Shown here: positions 51,226 through 61,467 of the stretch, piece by piece
Layout: every line of letters begins with the position of its first letter
Numbering within the stretch: the stretch's first letter is position 1
Origin: Hormiphora californensis
Taxonomy: Eukaryota > Animalia > Ctenophora
Assembly: GCA_020137815.1 (NCBI GenBank)
Contig: CM035354.1
Coordinates: 3,038,001-3,102,000, forward strand
DNA: 64,000 bases
Direction: 5' to 3'
Notes under the pieces: generated by a model
Databases searched by the model: none
Told to the model about the DNA's origin: nothing
What the model saw: the letters and a program-made list of their open reading frames with translations, nothing else
Position numbers and translations under genes: made by a program

Positions 51226-54138
51226 CTACTCAGAGAAGGCCTTGGAAAACAACAGTGTTTTTAGATCAGTTTTGAACCTCTGTAAAGTCCTAGATCGACG
51301 GAGCTCCCGCGGAAGATTGTTCCATAGCTTAGGCCCTGATACACTGAAAGCCCTTTCCGTTGTTTTGTATTTGGGATGCGGAGTTTCAAGAAGAAGATCA
51401 TCATAATCTGCACGAAGTGTCATTGGTTTTTTCTTCCTCTTTTCCAGAAGGCCAGTTAGGTATTCGGGTGCAAGGCCGTTCAGACATTTATAGACCAAAA
51501 CACAGGTTTTGAAATTGATCCTTTCGCTCACTGGTAGGAAATGTAATGCCTTACGCAACGTCGTTGTGCCTTGCCATCTCCTCTGTCCATAAATGAATCT
51601 AGCTGCTGCATTTTGTACCTTTTGTAACTCAGCAACATTCCGTTTAGTCATCCCAGACATCAGAGAATTGCAGTAGTCTATTTTTGAATGAACTAAGCTG
51701 CATACCAATATTGTCCTAAGCTTCCGAGATAGCTTTCCGGCAATTCGCCACAGATTAACCAGAGTAGATTTGCATGACCTGACCACAGCCGTGACGTGCT
51801 CATCTAAGGACAGCTTCGAGTCAAAGTACACCCCGAGGTTCTTCGCCGAACTCGTTACCAATGAGGGCCCACTATCTTCAAACAGCTGCATAGAGTCAAC
51901 AGAACTACTACCTCTCGGGGACAAAATCAGTACTTCAGTCTTAGTTGGGTTAAGTTGAAGGAAGTTTGTCGTGAGCCAGGCCTGTATATCAGAGACACAG
52001 CGCCTTAACTTTTGTTCTACCTCTGAGATATCATCCGAGGAATATGCCGCATAGACCTGTGTATCATCCGCATAAAAGTGAATACCAACACCATGTCGAT
52101 CAGCAATGGCTTCTAGCTCAGTCGTGTAACAAATGAACAATATCGGTCCTAAAATAGACCCCTGTGGAACTCCGATGGATAGTTCAGCAAGGGCTGACTT
52201 CATATCCCCCAACACCACTGCAGCATTACGCCCCGTTAAGTAACTCTGAAACCAATTCAAAGTAGTCCCCTTTACTCCATACAACTTTTCTAGCCGCTTC
52301 AGAAGTATCGCATGATTCACTGTATCAAAAGCAGCACTTAAGTCTAACAACAAAAGTACTACCTTCGACTTGTCATCAGTCAGAGTCAGTAGATCATCAA
52401 AGATCCGTAAGGTGGCAGTTTCGCAACTTTTGTGTCGACGATATGCAGACTGTTTCTTCGAGAGTAAATTGTTATCCTCCAGGTGCCTTACAAACTGGTC
52501 CGCTGCACACTTCTCTATTAGCTTTCCAAGGAACGGAAGATTACTCACCGGTCGATAGTTCCCCAAGTCATCCGGGTCAAGATTTGCCTTCTTGATGGTT
52601 GGACGAATCAATGCCGTTTTTAAAGCCGTAGGAAAAACCCCCGATGACAAGCTATCATTAACTATTTTCGACAAGATAGGAAGTAGTTCACCGAACAGTT
52701 TTCGTACAAAGGATGTTGGTATAGGATCAAGGGTACAGTGTTTCGTGCTCATTTCCATGATGGTAGACCGAAGCACTTCATCAGAAACCGGCTCAAATTT
52801 GAAAATCGGAACAGATGATGGTGAGTCACTTTGTGTAGTCATGGAGACAGGTTGAACGTGATTGTGGCACTTCTCCTCCATTCGTCGATAGATTTTCTCA
52901 ACCTTCCCTTTAAAAGCTCCCATGAAGGTGTCAGCAAGCTTGCCTTTTTCAATGTTCCCAGGCATGACTTCAACATTTTCCCTCCCCAGAAGGTGGTTCG
53001 AAGTTTGCCAAGTAGCCCGAGGGTCATGCTGTTGTTCTTCGAGACGAGCCGCGAAGTAGTTTTCTCTTACTCCCGTCAGGATTTTATCAGTTTCCTTCTC
53101 CTGTGCTTTACAGTCCTCAAAGAAGTTGAGTATCACAACAGGGTCTGTTTTGGTCCGAAGAATTGCCCTATACTTCCTTTCTTTCCTCCTTCTTTCCCTT
53201 CTTGCCCCTTGGCAGATTTCATAGTTCTGTGTGAACCATTTATTACTGCGAGTTTTAACCTTCCTAGTAACCACGGGCGCCCGACTATCCATAAACCCCG
53301 TCAACACCGAGACATACAGCTCAACACACTGGTCCAGGTCATCAGGTAACTCATCACAAAGATCCGACTGAAGAATGTCTTCCCTAAGATCCTCAATGTT
53401 AAGGTCTTTCATTTTTCGGCTTGTAACTAGCTTAAACTCACTGTTAGAACTACAGCCAGCCACATTTACAGAGAAGCTCACTAGTGAATGATCAGGAAGA
53501 GCAGGTGCCCTATAAGTTTCCAGTCCGTCCAGCGCCGTAAGGTCTGCATCCCTGGTTAGTACCAAATCAAGTGTGCCACCCCTCACATGCGTAGGCCCGA
53601 TAACATGTTGAGACCATCCCTCCGACAGAATAAGCGCTTTAAACTTCTGTGTGAATCGGTCAGTATCATCTTGGAACCTAACATTGAAGTCGCCCATGAC
53701 AACAGGAACACCGCCCTTTGATACAAAGGAATTCAGATAGCTGCCAAACTCAGTTATGAAGTGAGTATAGTCATTCCCCGTGCGATAGATAACAGCAAGC
53801 CGGACTCCAACACTGCCCTTCACGAAGATCTCCAGACATTCAAAAGACTTTGTGGATGTTTTACACGTAGTAAACTTGATCTTATTCCGAATAATGAACG
53901 CCACTCCACCCCCTCGCTTCCCTTTCCTCGGTGCATTAACCAGAGTGTGCCTCCAATCCCCCACCTCCGCCGCCAGTGAAGATTCATCCAAGTTAAGCCA
54001 CGTTTCAGTAAGAGCTAGAATCCCAAGTCCATTTTCGACCATCATTCCCATGACCTGATTAACCTTGTTCCGCAAGGAAAAACAGTTGCCAAGTCCAACC
54101 TTAATGGTCCTGCACCCTACCTTCCCTAAATCAGTCAC
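51226..54138 (-). CDS. LINE ORF2: AP endonuclease + reverse transcriptase (L2-like)
   Basis: Endonuclease: LALTETWL, GDFN, GGTLDLV, DH. RT: LLDLSAAFDTV, GVPQGSILGP, YADDTQ. The C-terminus is L2-type (IDYCNSL, LQKVQNAAAR, LWNNLP). There is no ATG before the first endonuclease motif. Confidence 0.95.
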   Translation of the reverse strand: MTDLGKVGCRTIKVGLGNCFSLRNKVNQVMGMMVENGLGILALTETWLNLDESSLAAEVGDWRHTLVNAPRKGKRGGGVAFIIRNKIKFTTCKTSTKSFECLEIFVKGSVGVRLAVIYRTGNDYTHFITEFGSYLNSFVSKGGVPVVMGDFNVRFQDDTDRFTQKFKALILSEGWSQHVIGPTHVRGGTLDLVLTRDADLTALDGLETYRAPALPDHSLVSFSVNVAGCSSNSEFKLVTSRKMKDLNIEDLREDILQSDLCDELPDDLDQCVELYVSVLTGFMDSRAPVVTRKVKTRSNKWFTQNYEICQGARRERRRKERKYRAILRTKTDPVVILNFFEDCKAQEKETDKILTGVRENYFAARLEEQQHDPRATWQTSNHLLGRENVEVMPGNIEKGKLADTFMGAFKGKVEKIYRRMEEKCHNHVQPVSMTTQSDSPSSVPIFKFEPVSDEVLRSTIMEMSTKHCTLDPIPTSFVRKLFGELLPILSKIVNDSLSSGVFPTALKTALIRPTIKKANLDPDDLGNYRPVSNLPFLGKLIEKCAADQFVRHLEDNNLLSKKQSAYRRHKSCETATLRIFDDLLTLTDDKSKVVLLLLDLSAAFDTVNHAILLKRLEKLYGVKGTTLNWFQSYLTGRNAAVVLGDMKSALAELSIGVPQGSILGPILFICYTTELEAIADRHGVGIHFYADDTQVYAAYSSDDISEVEQKLRRCVSDIQAWLTTNFLQLNPTKTEVLILSPRGSSSVDSMQLFEDSGPSLVTSSAKNLGVYFDSKLSLDEHVTAVVRSCKSTLVNLWRIAGKLSRKLRTILVCSLVHSKIDYCNSLMSGMTKRNVAELQKVQNAAARFIYGQRRWQGTTTLRKALHFLPVSERINFKTCVLVYKCLNGLAPEYLTGLLEKRKKKPMTLRADYDDLLLETPHPKYKTTERAFSVSGPKLWNNLPRELRRSRTLQRFKTDLKTLLFSKAFSE

Positions 54139-54155
54139 ACGCCCATCTTCACCAA

Positions 54156-55274
54156 CTAGTTTTTTGCATTCCTTAGTTTAAGAAGGAAAACAGGACAGTC
54201 AGGCGAACCGGCATTGTGTGAGTTGGCATTACCCTTCAGCTTAGGGTCACTGGCATTTTTACAGTTAGTGCAACACACTCTCCCCCTATTCTTACAATCC
54301 TTTGTCTTGTGGCCTTCCGCACAGAACATACATGTAGCCTGTGGTTGCTCGCATTCCCACGCTTTGTGGCCAAATTTCTGGCAACGGTAGCACTGTGGAA
54401 TATAGTACCGATCCTCCACCCTACAGGAAACATTTCTAACGAAAAGTTTTCCTCCCTTGACCAACAAGTCCCGAAGAGCGCAAGAAACTCTCAACCCCAC
54501 GTTAACCCTTTCTCTGGCTCTCGATTTCCCAACATAGACAACCTCCAAAGTATGCCCCTGGTCTATTAGAGAGCTCACCTTAGAGTTCTTCATCCGAATC
54601 ATCTCAACTATGGCACTATCCAAATCACTCCGGCCCATATCAACTGGAAATTCTTCCACGGGAAGTGGAAAGTCCTTAACCGTAACCTTAGGCAGTTTAA
54701 TAGATGTCTTATAGGTCGCTGCCTCGGGAAGAACTGCCTTAAGCTGACTCTCAGCAGATTGAAGCATGTCCTGATCAGGTAAGGCAATTATTACATCGCC
54801 ATTGGCCTCCGCCCTCATGAAGGACACAGGTGTCTCCTTTAGAGCCTCAGAAGCTCGTTTTACAGCCGTATCTCCCGCATTACTAATCGTAATTTTTGCA
54901 GCAGGTTTCTTAAGCACTTCAGCAAATGACCCACCGAGATTCTCACCAAGACTCGCCCTTAACCCCACTTCATCACCCCGACGTAAGTCCATTTCTCCAA
55001 CAAGTTTTTCTACTATGAAATCAGCGTGCTTACCAAGCTCACTCACAACACATCGAGCAATCTCCTCTCCACTAGCCCCGGTCTGCCCAAACCCCTTAGC
55101 CTTCCCGCTATCCACCGAATCAAAACACGGGGGGCATAGCCAGCATAATCCCACGAGTTTACTTACTTCGACGGGTACGGGCGGATCAGCATCATCTCGC
55201 TCCTCTTTGCACATCAAACATACCATCTTCTCTGTAACTGCTATCTCTGCAGCCGCCTTTCTCGTTTTTGTCAT
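54156..55274 (-). CDS. LINE ORF1: PHD-like N-terminus and gag-like CCHC knuckles
   Basis: CLMC..WLCPPC, then CYRCQKFGHKAWEC, CMFCAEGHKTKDC and CTNC..H..C. Confidence 0.88.
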   Translation of the reverse strand: MTKTRKAAAEIAVTEKMVCLMCKEERDDADPPVPVEVSKLVGLCWLCPPCFDSVDSGKAKGFGQTGASGEEIARCVVSELGKHADFIVEKLVGEMDLRRGDEVGLRASLGENLGGSFAEVLKKPAAKITISNAGDTAVKRASEALKETPVSFMRAEANGDVIIALPDQDMLQSAESQLKAVLPEAATYKTSIKLPKVTVKDFPLPVEEFPVDMGRSDLDSAIVEMIRMKNSKVSSLIDQGHTLEVVYVGKSRARERVNVGLRVSCALRDLLVKGGKLFVRNVSCRVEDRYYIPQCYRCQKFGHKAWECEQPQATCMFCAEGHKTKDCKNRGRVCCTNCKNASDPKLKGNANSHNAGSPDCPVFLLKLRNAKN

Positions 55275-55514
55275 CGTCTAGATGGGGAATTGAGGTGCCT
55301 CACGACAACCTCAATAAATAGTTTTACGTTGTAGTTGATGAAAGTTTGAAACTCGCATCTCGCATCTCGCATGTCGTGTTGCATGTCGTGTTGCATGTCG
55401 TGTCATGTTATTGACGCGCTCGCGTTCAACTCTCACACAGCAGCTGCAGAACATGGCGGGAAACATCGAGGAGTAGAGAGGGTCGGTGCCGAATCAAATA
55501 TTTCTTGATCTTGA

Positions 55515-57102
55515 TCTACTCCATCTCTCAGCTATCCTACCACTCATCAACTCGATCTCTCAGCTACCCTACCCCTCATCTACTCCATCTTTCAGCTACC
55601 CTACCCCTCATCTACTCCATCTTTCAGCTACCCTACCCCTTATCTAGTCCATCTCTCAGCTACCCTACTCCTCATCTACTCCATCTCTCAGCTTCCCTAT
55701 TAGGGAAGCATAGAGATGGAAACGATTAGGGGTAGGGAATCCCTATCCATAATCGTTTCCATCTCTATGCTTCCCTAGCCCTCATCAACTCCATCTTTCA
55801 GCTACCCTACCCCTAATCTAGTCCATCTCTCCGCTACCCTACTCCTCATCTACTCCATCTCTCAGCTACCCTACCTCCCATTTACTCCATCTCTCAGCTA
55901 CCCTACCTCCCATTTACTCCATCTCTCAGCTTCCCTACCTCCCATTTACTCCATCTCTCAGCTTACCTACCTCCCATTTACTCCATATCTCAGCTTCCCT
56001 ACCTGCCATTTACTCCATCTCTCAGATACCCTACCTCCCATTTACTCCATCTCTCAGCTTACCTACCTCCCATTTACTCCATCTCTCAGCTTCCCTACCT
56101 CCCATTCACTCCATCTCTCAGCTTCCCTACCTCCCATTTACTCCATCTCTCAGCTACCCTACCTCCCATTTGATCCATCTCTCAGCTACCCTACCTCCCA
56201 TTTACTCCATCTCTCAGCTTCCCTACCTCCCATTTACTCCATCTCTCAGCTTCCCTACCTCCCATTTACTCCATCCCTGCCTCCCATTTACTCCATCTCT
56301 CAGCTACCCTACCTCCCATTCACTCCATCTCTCAGCTACCCTACCTCCCATTTACTCCATCTCTAAGTTTCCCTACCTCCCATTTAATAAATCTCTCAGC
56401 TTCCCTACCTCCCATTTACTCCATCCCTCAGCTTCCCTACCTCCCATTTACTCCATCTCTCAGCTTCCCTACCTCCCATTTACTCCATCTCTCAGCTTAC
56501 CTACCTCCCATTTACTCCATACCTCAGCTTCCCTACCTGCCATTTACTCCATCTCTCAGATACCCTACCTCCCATTTATTCCATCTCTCAGCTTACCTAC
56601 CTCCCATTTACTCCATCTCTCAGCTTCCCTACCTCCCATTCACTCCATCTCTCAGCTTCCCTACCTCCCATTTACTCCATCCCTCAGCTTCCCTACCTCC
56701 CATTCACTCCATCTCTCAGCTTCCGTACCCCTCATTTACTCCATCTCTCAGCTACCCTACCTCCCATTTACTCCATCTCTCAGCTTCCCTACCTCCCATT
56801 TACTCCATCTCTAAGCTACCCTACCTCCCATTTACTCCATTTCTCAGCTTCCCTACCTCTCATTTACTCCATCTCTCAGCTACCCTACCTCTCATTTACT
56901 CCATCTCTCAGCTACCCTACCTCCCATTTACTCCATCTCTCAGCTACCCTACCTCCCATTTACTCCATCTCTCAGCTTACTTACCTCCCATTTACTCCAT
57001 CTCTCAGCTTCCCTACCTCCCATTTACTCCATCCCTCAGCTTCCCTACCTCCCATTTACTCCATCTCTCAGCTTCCCTACCTCCCATTTACTCCATCTCT
57101 CA
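55515..57102 (+). repeat. 32-bp minisatellite array (ctcagctaccctacctcccatttactccatct), left arm
   Basis: Period of 32 bp read directly at 55861-55924. Confidence 0.95.
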
Positions 57103-57129
57103 GGGGTAGGAATGTTAGGATAAATGAGA

Positions 57130-58943
57130 AATGGAGTAAATGGGAGGTAGGGAAGCTGAGAGATGGAGTAAATGGGAGGTAGGGCAGCTGAGAGATGGAG
57201 TAAATGGGAGGTAGGGAAGCTGAGAGATGGAGTAAATGGGAGGTAGGGAAGCTGAGAGATGGAGTATTTATGGGAGGTAAGGAAGCTGAGAGATGGAGTA
57301 AATGGGAGGTAGGGAAGCTGAGAGATGGAGTAAATGAGGGGTACGGAAGCTGAGAGATGGAGTAAATGGGAGGTAGGGAAAGGTAAGAGATGGAGTAAAT
57401 GGGAGGTAGGGAAGCTGAGAGATGGAGTGAATGGGAGGTAGGGAAGGTAAGCGATGGAGTAAATGGGAGGTAGGGAAGCTGAGAGATGGAGTAAATGGGA
57501 GGTAGGGCAGCTGAGAGATGGAGTAAATGGGAGGTAGGGAAGCTGAGAGATGGAGTAAATGGGAGGTAGGGAAGCTGAGAGATGGAGTATTTATGGGAGG
57601 TAAGGAAGCTGAGAGATGGAGTAAATGGGAGGTAGGGAAGCTGAGAGATGGAGTAAATGAGGGGTACGGAAGCTGAGAGATGGAGTAAATGAGAGGTAGG
57701 GAAGGTAAGAGATGGAGTAAATGGGAGGTAGGGTAGCTGAGAGATGGAGTAAATGGGAGGTAGGGAAGGTAAGCGATGGAGTAAATGGGAGGTAGGGAAG
57801 CTGAGAGATGGAGTAAATGGGAGGTAGGGAAGCTGAGAGATGGAGTATTTATGGGAGGTAAGGAAGCTGAGAGATGGAGTAAATGAGGGGTACGGAAGCT
57901 GAGAGATGGAGTAAATGAGAGGTAGGGAAGGTAAGAGATGGAGTAAATGGGAGGTAGGGAAGCTGAGAGATGGAGTAAATGGGAGGTAGGGAAGCTGAGA
58001 GATGGAGTAAATGGGAGGTAGGGAAGCTGAGGGATGGAGTAAATGGGAGGTAGGGAAGCTGAGAGATTTATTAAATGGGAGGTAGGGAAACTTAGAGATG
58101 GAGTAAATGGGAGGTAGGGTAGCTGAGAGATGGAGTGAATGGGAGGTAGGGTAGCTGAGAGATGGAGTAAATGGGAGGCAGGGATGGAGTAAATGGGAGG
58201 TAGGGAAGCTGAGAGATGGAGTAAATGGGAGGTAGGGAAGCTGAGAGATGGAGTAAATGGGAGGTAGGGTAGCTGAGAGATGGATCAAATGGGAGGTAGG
58301 GTAGCTGAGAGATGGAGTAAATGGGAGGTAGGGAAGCTGAGAGATGGAGTGAATGGGAGGTAGGGAAGCTGAGAGATGGAGTAAATGGGAGGTAGGTAAG
58401 CTGAGAGATGGAGTAAATGGGAGGTAGGGTATCTGAGAGATGGAGTAAATGGCAGGTAGGGAAGCTGAGATATGGAGTAAATGGGAGGTAGGTAAGCTGA
58501 GAGATGGAGTAAATGGGAGGTAGGGAAGCTGAGAGATGGAGTAAATGGGAGGTAGGGTAGCTGAGAGATGGAGTAAATGGGAGGTAGGGTAGCTGAGAGA
58601 TGGAGTAGATGAGGAGTAGGGTAGCGGAGAGATGGACTAGATTAGGGGTAGGGTAGCTGAAAGATGGAGTTGATGAGGGCTAGGGAAGCATAGAGATGGA
58701 AACGATTATGGATAGGGATTCCCTACCCCTAATCGTTTCCATCTCTATGCTTCCCTAATAGGGAAGCTGAGAGATGGAGTAGATGAGGAGTAGGGTAGCT
58801 GAGAGATGGACTAGATAAGGGGTAGGGTAGCTGAAAGATGGAGTAGATGAGGGGTAGGGTAGCTGAAAGATGGAGTAGATGAGGGGTAGGGTAGCTGAGA
58901 GATCGAGTTGATGAGTGGTAGGATAGCTGAGAGATGGAGTAGA
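57130..58943 (-). repeat. 32-bp minisatellite array, right arm (inverted)
   Basis: Reverse complement of the left-arm unit. Confidence 0.95.
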
Positions 58944-60425
58944 TCAAGATCAAGAAATATTTGATTCGGCACCGACCCTCTCTCTACTCCTCGATGTTCC
59001 CGCCATGTTCTGCAGCTGCTGTGTGAGAGTTGAACGCGAGCGCGTCAATAACATGACACGACATGCAACACGACATGCGAGATGCGAATTTCATTATTTT
59101 GAAGTTTTGTGGGGTTGCGATTTTTGTTTTAGGTCGGAGAGTGAAACGGCCGGTACAGTGGTAAACTAGATTAAAAACTGTACGCCTCATTAGACGGCGA
59201 TTTTTCCTATCTTGTTTGGTTCCTGAGATATGGCCCTCTAAAGAGTTGGTGTCTCAAACTGCTGAATCGGGGTCACGCGAGGAAAATGGGCATCAGTTTG
59301 CGTGTACTGCTCCGTTTTTCACGGGACTTGAACGAGGGTGACGGCAAGAGTCTCACCTATTACATGGTATCCTTACATTGTGTATTAAATCTAAAATGAC
59401 TGAGCAGCATGCTTGTTAATGAACCTTGACGTGTTTGCTTGTCTCGCAAGCGCGCTCGCGACTAGCAAACACGACATGCAGTTCACACCCTGATTTTCTC
59501 GTCCCGTGTGTAGTATATTTCCCGAAAAGTCACTTTTTCCCCCCTTTCCCCTTTTTTCAAAAACGTCCCCCCTCCCTTTTTATTTTTCTCCCCCAAAGGT
59601 CATAGTTCAGACCTCAGGGAAAGGGAAGTAGCTGGTTTAGTGGCCCGGGACCATTTAATCCCTGTGCAGGACCAGGGATAGTAATCCTGTCAAGGGGGTG
59701 AGACTCCCAACGCGGGCCATAGAAACCCCTCGGCCCTCGAGCAGGGCCCAGGGGACCGACGACCGTATATGTTTGGGTCCCTATTTTCACTCATTTGCTT
59801 GCACTTCTGACTTCGATGTTTCGAAGTTGATCAAACTCTGGAGATTATTTTCTTCTGACCATGATAAGTGTCGAAATCCATTTGTGAATCATTAAGATTA
59901 GAGTTGGCATCTTCTTCCTGTGAATTAAGGGTCCAGTTAGAGATTTTGCGACCGAAGTTAGTTACAATGGTGCAGGCCCCTGCTGACACTGCTGACACTG
60001 CCACGCGCGCCACTCTAGATGCAAATCACATCGAAAACCCTGCTAGTCAACGAAGATTTCGCGCGCACAGGGACTCTCCCAGCTTGCGCCAGTTGCAGAT
60101 TGGAGGCTGGGGCCAGAAACTGGCGCCAGCCTCCAATCTGCAACTGGAGCGTTATTCACTGTTGAGTGGTATATCAAATCCATAATTTGCAGAAAAGAGA
60201 CCGACAACTCACCCAGCCATGACAAACAATTGTCAAGTGCTATAAACATACACGGTGGTGATAATGGTACGCGATTTTATCGTTTGGTTTACTTTTCATC
60301 TTCAATGCTCTGTTAACCAACCGAACCAAGCATCCAACTCGAGCTCTGCAATTTTTAAATTTTATATAGATTAAAGTTTCATCCCGGTACATTTTTGTAG
60401 GTAATGGAATGACGAAATCTTCTTC

Positions 60426-61211
60426 ATGGAAACCCTTGATTTCTACCTCTGCATACTCTACACTGCAGTACACTCTTACCGATCAGCGTCCCTTGTAAAA
60501 CCGCTACCTGACAGCATCTCATCCCTAGAAGAGTTAACTGCACATTTTGAAGATAAAACTGACAGCGGATCTCTATCGTGGCTCACCAGAGAAACAACAA
60601 ACTACATCTGCCAACCCTTCACCCCTTCCCTTACTTCAGAATTTATATCTCAAGAGGAAAAGTACCTTCCACAGTTTGTACTGACGATAAAAGCCCCTCG
60701 AGAACCGGAAGAATTTACCCGGTTGTCCGTTGCACACGGTACAAGGATTGCCTATCACGGGACCCATACGGAGAATGTGTATAGTATCCTCAAGAATGGA
60801 TTAGCGGGCCACCTTAACAGAAGGGCCTTGTTCGGTTCTGGAATCTACCTGAGTAGTGACCTGGACATAGCATACTCCTTCGCTCAATCTGGTAAAACCT
60901 GGCCACTGTCCAAATTGGGTGGTAATATGCGATGTGTACTGGTATGTAAAGTTGTAAAAAGTGTCCAGGTCCGAGTTGGGAAGGAGAAACTCTCAGGGAT
61001 TAGTTTTGATACTGGATCTTTACCCCACAACTATTTCGTTGTCGAGAATAATGATCACGTCCAAATCACTCACGTGCTAATTTACACAATCCCCAAAAAG
61101 CCTGGTAGAAGCTGGTTAAAAACACACGGTGTCTTGGTTTTGTATGTCTTTTTACTTCTGGCCGTCTGTCTTTTTACCAACCAGAGGAAAATTTTAAAGC
61201 TTTTCAAGTGA
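60426..61211 (+). CDS. PARP16: Mono-ADP-ribosyltransferase PARP16-like, tail-anchored
   Basis: N-terminal AVHSYRSASLVKPLP; AYHGT..YSILKNGL; LFGSGIYLSSDL; NYFVVENND (H-Y-Y triad); C-terminal transmembrane helix. Confidence 0.88.
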   Translation: METLDFYLCILYTAVHSYRSASLVKPLPDSISSLEELTAHFEDKTDSGSLSWLTRETTNYICQPFTPSLTSEFISQEEKYLPQFVLTIKAPREPEEFTRLSVAHGTRIAYHGTHTENVYSILKNGLAGHLNRRALFGSGIYLSSDLDIAYSFAQSGKTWPLSKLGGNMRCVLVCKVVKSVQVRVGKEKLSGISFDTGSLPHNYFVVENNDHVQITHVLIYTIPKKPGRSWLKTHGVLVLYVFLLLAVCLFTNQRKILKLFK

Positions 61212-61467
61212 TTTGTGTTAATTTTCAGTGTTATGTGTAATGTTTGAGAGAGAATGTGCAGTTGTATTGTAAATGAATTGTTAGATGATAACTTCAGTTT
61301 TTAAGGAAGGAATGCAAATGATTTGCCTCTACTCTTGAGTCGTACATATTCTAATCCTCACATCACCCACTCCCTAATTACTCCCTAGACTCCATAATTA
61401 CTCCCTAGACTCCCTTAAATTAATCCCTAGACTCCCTAATTACTCTCTAATTACTAGACTAGCTATA

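Larger units (their letters stand above)
50203..55352 (-). mobile_element. Full-length L2-group non-LTR retrotransposon
   Basis: Boundaries come from comparison with the uninterrupted right arm of the foldback. It has a short 5' UTR, ORF1, ORF2, a ~1-kb 3' UTR and a (TTATTG)n tail at 50203-50223. Confidence 0.9.
49798..59492. mobile_element. Foldback-type element (two ~2.2-2.4-kb inverted arms) with a LINE inserted in the left arm
   Basis: 49798-50202 plus 55353-~57100 is the reverse complement of ~57130-59492. Termini are cagggtgtgaactgc/gcagttcacaccctg, with a 5-bp direct flank atttt (49793-49797, 59493-59497). Confidence 0.88.

Noticed and set aside
55515-58943. CRISPR-like array (32-bp period) or repeat-protein ORFs (214 aa and 403 aa)
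   Set aside because: Units are contiguous without unique spacers, there are no cas genes, and the context is eukaryotic. The ORFs are stop-free translations of a minisatellite.
49798-59492. Whole palindrome as an assembly or chimeric-read artefact
   Set aside because: The LINE is in only one arm, the inner arrays differ, and a 5-bp direct repeat flanks the ends. All argue for a real element, though read support was not checked.
59620-59790. Second SINE-like or tRNA-like segment
   Set aside because: The A and B boxes are poorly formed, no TSD was found, and the adjacent sequence looks low quality.
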